NCBI GenBank assembly: GCA_030295235.1
Contig: AP026152.1
Span: forward strand, 806,001 to 848,469
Reading direction: 5' to 3'
DNA length: 42,469 bases
Origin: Fistulifera solaris
Lineage: Eukaryota
A model generated the notes under the pieces. The model ran no database searches. It was not told where the DNA came from and saw only the letters and a list, made by a program, of their open reading frames with translations. Position numbers and translations under genes: made by a program. Positions within the stretch are counted from its first letter, which is position 1. Each line of letters starts with the position of its first letter. Shown piece after piece: positions 24,092-34,851 of the stretch.

Positions 24092-24629
24092 TTTGTGAAT
24101 ATCTCGATAACATTTATCGAAAGCATCTATGCAAGGAAGAAATGTTTCGTCGAGGGATGAGTCAAATTTTGCTTTCTCAAATGCATGTTAACAAAAGTTC
24201 TTCGGTGGGGAGCAACGATGATGCCGATGATATGTTACGTTCCTAAATCAGTTGCTAGTCCTTCTTGTTGAATTCATTATTTGTGAGCATCTAGTGGGCG
24301 ATAGGAAATGCTCACATCAATGCTGATGACGCTTGGAAGCGACGAGCAGGTGACCTTGTTTGGTGAAGGGCTGTTGTAAAAGAGTCAACGTATCTTATGC
24401 AGAAACGATGACGCCAAAGTGACCAAAGCAAACGTCTTACTACTTCTTTCGTAATTGTGATTGCTTCCTCTTCGTCTCTGATAATGATATTGTTCTGATT
24501 TATAACAGATTTAACAATATTTTCGAGGCTGACTCGTCGCAGCGTTTGATTTCGCGACGAGACGCTGTGAAAAAATGCTCTTTATAGATAGGTACATGAG
24601 TTAAACCACGACTGTATACTCCGGATACC

Positions 24630-25102
24630 TTAATTGTAACTGGTTGTTAAAAGAGTCACTGTCGTGAAGGTGAAATGCACGACCAATACCGTTCCGTTTC
24701 GTATGGAATTCATTCTCGTGTTAGCATTGAACCCTCCACGCAAGCCAATTTCAGTGCTTAGCTGCCGAAAGCAACACATTAGGACGTTGGTAGATATCTT
24801 CAATTTCACATTAGTCCAAACGAGCTCAATGCTCTTGTCATTGAATAAGAAATCAACAAAAATTGTTCGCACAGCTCAAAAATCGCTGGAGGGGTGGAGG
24901 GCTGCAACACCGAAGAAGAGTAGTCCCGTGCAATCGTCAGCGTTCTTCTCCAAATGAAGAGCTGAGAACTAGTCCCATTTGACAGCGGCAAAATATTAAG
25001 GATCTTCGCTCGATGTTCATTCATTGGTTCGCTTTTTCGATAGACGGCGTCATAAATTGCCCATGCAATTACAGAAGCCGAGATGAGTGGGATACGTAGC
25101 AT
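24630..25102 (-). CDS. Possible small hypothetical protein with N-terminal hydrophobic segment
   Basis: ORF 24806-25102 starts MLRIPLISASVIAWAIY; continuation into 24630-24872 is uncertain; no recognisable motif. Confidence 0.3.
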
Positions 25103-25310
25103 TCGTTGTGCTATAGTCGCTGATTATTGCTGCGTAGACATAGCTTTGCTGATAGATTAAGACGTCAGCTTTGTTTTGACAGCGGCGCTTTCTGCTGTGC
25201 TGCTTTGCAGGAATTCATGACACGGCTCTCTCGCAAGCCTTGAACGGAAAATATGGATATCGCGGCAACTTAATTAGCAATTTTCCGTGAAAGAAAATAT
25301 CGTCTTATCG

Positions 25311-25649
25311 TCAATTTTTCTGCGAAAGCTGAACCGATTCGCCCAGTTGATACAAAGTCCACACGAGAAGGAAGAGAGCTGATAGAAACAGCTCAAGGCC
25401 CATTGCTACTCGACTGAGCCGTGCTACGCCAGGCTGTGCCGTCACCACAACTAATCGTGATTGTAAAGCCTCGTCGATTTCACGATCGTTCTCCATTGCA
25501 ACGAAGGAATCTGTTACATTATTTAGTCCTATCGGCGCACAAAATCCCTGGAGGAGCGCAAGTCGGAGCTGCTCAAATGGATGCTGTCGTGTTGCTTCGA
25601 CATTGCCGTCGCCTTCTCGCTGACTGTCATCATCATACAAGTCGTTCAT
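25311..25649 (-). CDS. Small membrane protein with LQGFCxP motif, distant paralogue of 18579-18989
   Basis: Shared motifs as above. The ORF extends upstream to 25772, but the ATG at 25649 (MNDLYD) gives a similar architecture. Confidence 0.6.
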   Translation of the reverse strand: MNDLYDDDSQREGDGNVEATRQHPFEQLRLALLQGFCAPIGLNNVTDSFVAMENDREIDEALQSRLVVVTAQPGVARLSRVAMGLELFLSALFLLVWTLYQLGESVQLSQKN

Positions 25650-25835
25650 CGTTGCTGATTTAAAGGTGACTTGATGGAAAGTATACATCATATAGCTTCT
25701 ACTTTCATTTACCATAACGCACCATAGGACCATATAGGTGACGACGACGACGCTCGCATCATCGTGTTTCATTTTTTCGAGGTTTTTGTATTGAGAGCCG
25801 TCACTAGCTAAATACTATAGCAAAAACTGTACTCG

Positions 25836-25890
25836 GTTACCTACATCAATAAAATTCCTACGAGGTTTACGTGAAAGGCACGTAGACATT
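25836..25890 (-). repeat. Dispersed repeat family B, copy 4
   Basis: Reverse complement aatgtctacgtgcctttcacgtaaacctcgtaggaattttattgatgtaggtaac closely matches 9501-9555. Confidence 0.8.
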
Positions 25891-26136
25891 CAATGCGACG
25901 CATCTCTCCTCATTTCTAGGATTTCAATCAAGTTGATGTCGACATCTATAATAAGAACTGATATAAGTTTGCTACGGCGGTGAAAAGATGACGGTATTTT
26001 TTGCAAAAAGACTCCAGAATAAGGATCATAAAATTTTAAATATTTAATTCCTAATTTTCCTAAAATGCGGATGCATTTTTGACACTCAAGTGAATTTTCC
26101 ATTGTAATTTTATAAATAAAAGTAGACAAGTTTCGT

Positions 26137-26184
26137 ATATCCGGTACCCCATACATTGATGAATTTCCTACGGCGTTTACGCGC
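26137..26184 (-). repeat. Dispersed repeat family B, copy 5 (diverged)
   Basis: Reverse complement gcgcgtaaacgccgtaggaaattcatcaatgtatggggtaccggatat aligns to 9737-9786. Confidence 0.6.
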
Positions 26185-27254
26185 AAATCTAATAGAATTT
26201 TTTTGCGTTGCAGCTTTCATAGTTTCTGCCTATCGGTCAAAATTGAAGTTTACCGTTGCTCTCCAACTCAAATTATGATGAATAATCACCATAAAAGTAA
26301 CTTTGGTGCAGATCCGGCTTGATATTGGATAAATACTTGTTATTAAAGTTGACTATCACTCAGAATGTAGATCACCTTTTTCACGACTGCCTATTTCTGT
26401 CACGGATCTATTTTTCGTCCGACGAGCCGCTAAAGCATACTTGTAACAGCTGCATAATCAATACTTTGTTATATTTCCTGTTTCCCTCTTATTGCTTTTG
26501 CTATTTATCTTTTTGATTGTTGAATGGATCACCTGTTACCGTAAGCGCGCGGCAAGAGCCATCTGGGAGTTTCGTTTTCAAAAATTGCTGCGATTGACGA
26601 CGCACAAAGTGAAGGATATTTTACGGAATTCTACGTGATATCGATAACATAACAAAGTGATGGGTGATGGGTGATGGCCCTGCAACTTAATGGTGGCGAC
26701 GATTTCGATGAAGTGGGCCCATCCATCAAGTTTTCCATCAAGGTTAGGAACCGATTAACGTTTCATTGGCTAATGAAAAATCGAATTTTCGATCTATCCG
26801 CTTTATTGACGGAGTGCGGAAAAGCATGACCTTCAAGAAAAGAAGCAACGGGCGGGAGAGCTGATTCGTCGACAAATCGCAGCACCGAGCCGCCAGCAAC
26901 GGATTTTTCAAAGTCAGCAAAAAGGCCGCGATGATTGCGATGGAGGTTGCGCTGGCATTCATTTTCAATAAATTGCAATTGTCGCTTCCGTGCTATCATG
27001 GATTCTGATTCCCTTTCGTATCACATTTCAACGCCGCACGGGTGCGCCTTCTTGGTTTTTGTTTAACGCATGGTCTCAAATTCGGTTAAATGCCATTCAG
27101 AGATCGTCACTATTATTGATGTTGCCTTGAAACGAAAGGCGATTAGGTAGTGATGGTATGGTGCCTACCAACAGAGGAATAGTTTTGATACTATGCGAGA
27201 TGCGAGCATCGAGCGAAATGGAAGAGTGTTTACAATAAGAGATTGCTATGAAAA

Positions 27255-29925
27255 CTAATAAAATTCAAGACACGCCGGACATTTGCCAACACAGAGGCCC
27301 CATGCACACCGTTTTTCCCACGGTACGCTGACGGTTTCTTTACAGTCCTTAGGACAGGTTTCATCGTTGATGCATTCTCTGCATTGAGCACACGAATCCC
27401 ACCCGCACTTGGTAGACCACGGATCAGGGCTTGAAGAGCACCAGTCGCGGCAGTTGCCGTATTTCGCCATCAAAAAGGATCGAACTCAATAAACTTTCGC
27501 GTATTTGGCCACATATCCCAGTCAACTTTGATCGGCGTGCGTGGGTGACACAAGTGCACGACAAACAGATCGCGCAATACATTCATTGTATATCCAGCCC
27601 GGTAAAGTTCGTGAAACCATGAAACCTTGTCGTATCCGTATCCACGAATGGCGGTCCAAAAGCGAGGTACGCCCGGCAGATATCCAATCACGTAAGGCTC
27701 ATAATTAAGCTCCCAGTCGATTGCGTAAGAGGACGCGTCCGTAAAGTTGTACCATTTCTCAGACTGAGTAGAGCCTTGGTTCTTCACATCTACATCGACG
27801 TAGAAAACCCAAGCAACGCCATCTTCAACTTTCTTTACCAGTTCAGCCTTGGTTAGAGGCAAGTCATCCTCGGTCGCAAACCTCGTGGGTGATTGAGTCA
27901 TTCCATCAGGGCAAACTTCGAATGCTGGCAAGACAAACATAGTCCTTTTCCGGCGCATTTTATCAATAATTTGAGGATCATTCTTCATTATCTCCCTCAC
28001 TGTGGCATGAGAGTTAGGAGTGATAACCAAGTCCACATCCAGTAATAGGAAATAATCACTACCGGTGTTCTCGAGTGCTAAGTTGCGAAGAGTGTTGTAT
28101 GGATACGTCCACTGCATTGTCGGCTCGGGGTAATCAGAAAAATCGGTAATCTTCTCCATCATGATGTGGACATTGCATTCTCGTAAGTAGTACGCAATTG
28201 TGTAATTTGATAACCACTCGGAGAAAAACTCGACATCTTCCGCGCTTTGGATGTAAAGCGCGACGGATCCTGGCCCGTCCCATTTACGCAGGTTAGAGAT
28301 CAAATTGTTTAGCTTCGCTTGGCTCGCAGAAGCTTGCATCGTAACAACGATATCATTTTCGTCCTCCAGTTTTGTTTTGCGATGAATGAAATTCACAAGT
28401 GTCTTACTCTGAGGCTTGGTGGAATTTAGCGACAAGGCATGGCTTTCGAGTTTCTCCCAGTGTTCCAGGAGCTGATCTTTGTACGTTCGAGGAGTCCATA
28501 CCTTCTCCGTCAACATCTTTTCACGCCACCAGATTTCCCAGTCCTTGACTAAGCTTCGGTTCGTAAGATCTTGGATGGTCTTTTCCATGGCTTCTACCGA
28601 TGCCATGGTCATAGTCTTGTCTTTTTTGTGCGCGTTCCCATCGCGTGTTAGCCGACTACTGCATGTTGCCCGTGCCCACCAGTACTCGGTCTCGTACTTG
28701 ATCATAATACCCTCATGCTCCTGGCCGCCTGCAAAAAAGCCATCTGCCATGCATTTCGACGATATTGTGTGAGTTATAATTGACGACGTATTACGCATTA
28801 CCGATTGCTTCGAGGCGCAACGATTCTCACGAATTTTACTTACAAGGAACGTCACCAGTTCGGCGCATATCGCCGTCTTTTGCCATACAGGTAAACATGT
28901 TACGCGGAGTACGATGCAATTGCAAATTGTGATGGTTCCACGCTGCTAATAGCAAATGTTCGGGAGATTCGATCGCATAAAATGTTTCGTTGGAATAATC
29001 GTTGCGGAGGAAGGGCGGAAGCACATCCAGAGCGTCAAGGATGGAGTCTTTGCTCACGGTGAAATGTCGATCGTTAATGGCTCCCCAGTCCTCGCCTTCA
29101 GGGACAACAATGGCATTGTTCGGGAAGTCGGAAATGTCATACGGGCACATGTAGAACTGGTCTGTTCGAGTAACAATAAAGCGATCATACTTCTCGGTCA
29201 GCTTCAATTCACGGATGTGTTCCGCCAACCAGTATCGCATCATGTTCTGAATGGCACCAGACGTCTTGTGTCCTTTCACACCTCCAAGAACACCTGCTTC
29301 CCGCGCTCGCCCTTGTACGCGAGGCTCGACGTTTTCTCGCCATCCATCAATATTTAACGTGTCTGGCAGCCTATGGTGAGAGAAAAAGTCACGATCATAC
29401 AAAATGTTTACTAAAAATAAGAAACGTACCGAGAGCATCTCCCCAGTCGTCGTATTCTTTCTCGCGAAAAATGTACTTGGCTCTTTTCCAAAGAGATGCA
29501 TCGTTATATTTGTCATCACTCGCACCAACCACAAGGCCCAAGTCGGCTGAATTAAAATCAAGAACGTTTTTGTAAAGAGATTCCCATGCTGGCTCACCAC
29601 AGCGAAGATTTCCGATAAGGAAAACGATCGTCCGATTTCCTCCTTGTGGAAACCGAAGGCCGCTTTGACCAAGTTTTATGCCGTTTTCCAGCAACAATCG
29701 ACAGACCCAAATCATGTGAATGCCTCCGATGAATAAGATGAGCAATAGAAGCACTCTGTGTGCAATTTTTCCTGGAGAAAATCGAACTTTCGGTGCGTCT
29801 CGAGAACATTTTTCATTCGAGTCGTCAAGGCACGGTAAGAAGGGTTCTTCCAGCCCGATTTCTTTTCTTGGTTTTCTTGTATTCATCACCATCTTAGGCG
29901 GACTTCGACTGGAAGAGCGAAGCAT
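27255..29925 (-). CDS. Paralogous multidomain GT49-containing glycosyltransferase with the same architecture as 21543-24091
   Basis: Introns at homologous positions: 29363-29429 (GTACGT..CAG) and 28744-28843 (GTAAGT..CAG). Same motifs and the same -1 break at 27470. Confidence 0.85.
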
Positions 29926-31166
29926 GGATCACAACTTGCTAATGAAACGATTTGCTTGTTGCTTTTCGTTTACTTCGTGAGAAGAAGTTGTGTTTGCGCT
30001 CTGCGGAGTAGGCGCTGTTTTTGTTCTTCCGTCGCGCGCAAATCCAGGATGGGCAATAATATTTGCAACCAGCAAAATTCTAAACCGAATTTCGACCTGT
30101 GTTTCGTTGTTTCGGAACATCTAAAGTAGAGTGTACCCTGTATCGCTAGCATCTATAACGTAAAACGTAATACTCGGTGCTTAGTACACTCTGGCTTTGA
30201 CTTAAAACCCATGTAAATACCCAAGACAGCGTTTTCCATTTAGTATAAAGTATAATGTAGAGTCCTTGATAGCTAAAGCTCAGCCTTGTACGTAGTATGT
30301 AGTATCTGTATCGCTTTTCGTTCACGCTTCAAGCAACCAGCAACCAGCATTTATCGCATTGAAAAAATACTACCTAAGACCTAATACTCAAGCTCTTAGT
30401 CTATCAACTACATAGTGAGTGGATCATTTTTTCTGTACATCTTTCTTCATATGTCCTGGAGGGCTAATATATTTGTAATTTCTAGTGTAAACTGTTAAGT
30501 GGGAGAGCTTCACTATTGCCTTGAGCCTCTCGGGTCGCTGTGAACATACTGGGGGCAATAAAAGCGTCGTCCATCATTTATCTCTCTCCGGCGCCGACGT
30601 CGACCGCTTTTTTCTTTTTGCAGTTTATTTGTTTTCAGGAGGACTTTTGAGGTGAAACTTCTTTCTTGAATGTGCGAACGAACAAGAACAAAGGACGATA
30701 CGGTACCTGGTAACCTTACTCCTGCAGGCGTCGTTCCGAACAAGAAGACACGGAGTAGATCAAACAACAAGTATAACAAGACGGCAAACGTGTTTCGCAA
30801 ATACACCTTTGAATCACTGAAACATCTCGCTTTCGTCGCATCTGACGTTCAAAGTATTAGCATTTTGTGATCGTCACATCACCTTATTGCCCTGCACATC
30901 ACCAGGTGACGTTAAGCAGTTTTAAAAGAATCTCTGACCATCGTGATTCGAAGACGGCAGAATTATTTTGGCTCTCAAAAGGTGACCATTGCAATAAAAA
31001 TGAATCAATAGGCGCCGCGACTCGCATTTCTCAGTTTTTCGAGGAAACAACAGTCAACATGGAAGTCTCTTCAAACGTTTCTCCGGTACGATAACGACAT
31101 CAGAATAGAGTTGCATTTTCTTCCCTTCTCGAGGTCATCTTCTCATGCAATAAGATTCCACAGAAT

Positions 31167-32359
31167 ATGGATCGCTTTCCGCCGAGTCGATATCCTTTCT
31201 CGGACGTAATGAACACGAGCGATATCGTTCAATTTATTACCCTTACTGTAGATGATAGCATCAACTCTCAAGCTGTCAGTCTCTTCAAAGAATATTTTTT
31301 TTCTCTTCGAGTTGACGATAAATGTCGTCGTGTTCGGTTCACTTGCTTTGTATCGTTCGATGCGAGCGAATGCGACGCAATTCAATTCTTAGTCGGCAAA
31401 ATGTGGTCGAATTTGGACATCACACGTTAAAACATACACGTCTTCCTTCGAAACAAGATATCCAAGATGCCATCGATAGTTTGCTACAATGCGGAGTCCC
31501 GAGACGCAGCTTAGGAGGTTTTCGGGCGCCCTATTTGCATTACAATCAATCTACTTTTGACTTCTTGTACGAGAATCAAGTTCCCTACGACTCTACCATC
31601 ATTCCGCGCGACGATGACACATCGCAGTTCGGTCGGGAAAACCAGTGGCCGTTTACTTTAGAACACGGCTTTGTGAACAGTAGCGTCAAGTGCGGCAATA
31701 CAGGTACCTGTGTAGCCGACAAAGCATATCCTGGCATGTGGCAGGTTCCTCTCTATCGATGGTATCACGTGAATAATACCTTTCTAAACGATGCTATGGA
31801 CTATCGAACGTTCGAGGAGGATGTACAAGCCAACTTTGAGCGAAGATACTATGGAAATCGGGCGCCGTTTGGTATTTATTTGCACGCAAACTGGTTAGAA
31901 GAGAACGGCAGCGCTCTTAAGAAATGGATTCAAAAGACGCTTGACACTTACGACGATGTATACTTTGTTACCAATATGGATTTGCTGCAGTGGATGAAAA
32001 ACCCTGTTCCCAAGGCCAAATATAGACCACCGTCTTGTGAAGTGGAGGATTATCAGCAATCAGGTGCGTTCCATACCGCTGGCCCTTTGGCTCAACCGTT
32101 TCCTTTTGCTCCCTCTACCCTGTCACCGTCAGCAACACTGAATAACAATGATCAAAGCACCGTCTCGACATACCCAAAATCAATCATTCAAATCACCGAC
32201 ACGAGCCCCGACGAACCGACCATCGCCAATCTTCGTTCGCCAACTGAATTGGCGATTTCTGCACAACTCGTTGCCGCGATTGCACTTGCAATCTTCGTCT
32301 TACGAAGGATTCGACGTCAGTCAACAGGTTCGATCCCAGAGCCTTTGGTATCAAACTAA
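31167..32359 (+). CDS. CE4 polysaccharide (chitin) deacetylase-like protein with S/T/P linker and C-terminal TM; frameshift near 31400
   Basis: NodB-type motifs ITLTVDD, HTLKH and GFRAPYL, plus YDST, WPFTL, NRAPFGIYLH and DVYFVT..LLQWMKNP. Break lies at ggcaaaatgtgg; the true start may be upstream. Confidence 0.85.
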
Positions 32360-32487
32360 TCAATTTTAAGTGACAGGATGATAATTGTAGTAAGAATACG
32401 TGCGTAAAATAATCAAACCGGCTTTTAGAATCTTTAGAGTGGTCGTATGATAGTTACGTTACAAAACATTACAGCTCGAATGTATTT

Positions 32488-33454
32488 TTAGAAGTTGACG
32501 TCACGTTTGATGCTGACATTCGCACCATTGACATTTGTTCCGTCGATGGGCATGTTGACATTGGCAGTCCAAGCTTGGTCGCGCCACTCGACGTTCAAGC
32601 TGTCGTTGGGACGAAGGTTGGCTGTGAGGCTGGAATCGTCACCGAGACGACGTTCCCATTCAACACTCAAGTCACCATTCGAAGCGATGGTAGGAGCAAT
32701 GCGGTTGTCACTGTCGACTTGCTGGCTCAACGTAAGTTCTTGAGAGTCAGCGCTTGCGGTCAACTTGACATTGGTGCGATCATTGCTGTAGTTGATCACC
32801 ACATCACGAGTATCGTTCTCGAGATTGAATCTTGGGTTTACAGTCACACGGCCTCCATTCGCGTCGAAGCCCTTCGTTGCTTCGATGCTGCGAACACTGA
32901 ATTGATTGCCTGCACTAGCGACCAAGTGCAAGCTGAGATCAGCGTCTTCGTTGTCGGCGTCGATGTCCAAGTTGACATTCGAAAAGTCGGTGCCTTCGAC
33001 TTCGGCGCGAGCCCTAAAAATTACAAGCAGGTGATGTGTGAGTAATCAAAGGGAGAAGGGAATAATGCAAACAAGTTCACAAGTTGAGACTTACGAAACA
33101 CCCCAGCCAGCAACATCAGTGTTGGCGCGTCCCCAAATCGAACGAGGAAGACTGGCGATATCGGTAGTGGGCCGGGCAGATGCCTTTACACCGTAGCTGA
33201 TATCCAAATCACCAGCACGGCCTTGGTTCTCCCAACTGAGTTGAGGGTCAAGTCCATCAAGGCCGTCGAACTTTCCGTCGCGAACAGAGATCTGCAATAT
33301 TGAGAAAAGAGAGCAGTGACGTGAGTTTTCGATTCAACGGTCGGGGCAGCGATTCAGCCAATAAATCAGCCCGATCCGAACTCACCGAAAGTTGAGGCGC
33401 TCCGGCACAAGCGTATCCGAGACTAGCAATAAGAGCAGCAGCAGTGAACTTCAT
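32488..33454 (-). CDS. Three-exon, 263-aa signal-peptide protein with amphipathic beta-strands and terminal Phe (putative beta-barrel)
   Basis: Exons 33454-33386, 33291-33095 and 33013-32488 with GT-AG introns give 792 nt in frame (MKFTAAALIASLGYACAGAPQLS|ISVRDG...WGVS|ARAEVEG...NVSIKRDVNF). Confidence 0.85.
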
Positions 33455-34128
33455 GGTGAATAATAGTTGATGAAAGAAGTCGAAATAATAGTAACGAGAA
33501 AGCGAAACGAGATACGATTCGACGGCGTTGCGTAATTGTGAGAAAGTTCTCGGCAAGGATGAGATCCCAGCCACGAAAGTTCAAATGAAAGGTGTCACCG
33601 TTGGCGAGTTTGTCTTTGGAAGAGAGTCGAGAATCGAGAAGAAAAGATCTTTGCTGAGCCTCACTCGTGTCAACAGTCAAAAAAGGTGATGTTTTTGGTG
33701 TCAAGCCGACGGACTCAACTCCGCGCCGCGCCGCTGCTGGCGCTTTCGAGTGACTACAATCAAAGCCATATAAACTCCGCACCTACGTCAGCCACATCGA
33801 ATGAATCTCGAATTGCCCTTTTGCTATCGTTGAAAGAGTACAAAAAGATACCCATCCTTCCGACCGCGCGATTTTCGAATTTTCGCGCGAAAATTTGATC
33901 ACGAACACGATCACTCGCGACTCGCAAGGTCCACGAGATTTGCACGAGTTGCACCCATGCAATGATGACGTGTCGTAGTAGAAAGCATTCTGAAGCGCGC
34001 GATGACTCACGATTTTCACGCCAACACATCACATTTCCATCATTTTCGCACGCACGAAGCGGATGGAAAGAGCACGATCTTTCGTCATAATTTCGTTCTC
34101 GCTGTTGCTTATACAAAAATATAAAACA

Positions 34129-34851
34129 ATGAAGTTGTCTCTTGCCTTTTTCGCTGCTACCGCAGCAACTGCTGCTGCATTCGCACCCAGCTCGTCTTCC
34201 TCTGCAAAGACTGTTCTTCGAATGTCGGAACCCGTCAACACGGAGTCTGCCGTTGAAACAGCGGCTCCTGAGAAGCCCGCTGCTCCTGCCGCACCTGTCG
34301 TTGCCCCTATCAACGGATGGGTCCCTGATGCATCCAAGCCTGCCTTCGGTCTTCCAGGAGCGATTGCCCCTCTAGGATACTTTGATCCTTTGGGTTTGAT
34401 GCCCAAGAACATTCTTGGTGCCAAAGCGTTTCCGTGAGGCCGAGATTATGCACAGTCGTGTCGCCATGATGGCTACCGTCGGTTACCTTCTCGCCGAAAA
34501 CACGCCTACCATCGCGTACGGCTTCGATCATCCCGTTATCGCCAACGATATGGTTCCTGATGTTCCAGGAACTGTCCTTTTCCCTTTTTCTTGGCCATCA
34601 ACATTGCTGAAGCACTTCGTGCTAACGCTGGATGGGTTGAGCCCGGACTTGGTGCTCTTTTCACTCTCCGAGAGAAGTATTACCCCGGAGATCTCGGCTT
34701 TGATCCCCTCGGCTTGAAGCCCAAGGATGCTCAAGGCTTCGCCAACATGCAAGCCAAGGAATTGAGCAACGGTCGTCTCGCCATGCTCGCCGCCGCCGGC
34801 ATGTGCGCACAAGAACTGGCTACCGGAAAGCCCCTTTTGGATGCATTTTAA
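34129..34851 (+). CDS. Lhcx: Light-harvesting complex protein, Lhcx/LI818 type, with bipartite plastid targeting signal; two compensating homopolymer indels
   Basis: AAAFAP cleavage motif, [54 protein letters not shown]. +1 A at ~34424 and -1 T at ~34588 give a net in-frame 723 nt. Confidence 0.92.

Noticed and set aside
25950..26520. AT-rich island as a possible centromere
   Set aside because: Short, only ~16 kb from the telomere and overlapping family B repeats; a TE relic is simpler, and GC content was not computed
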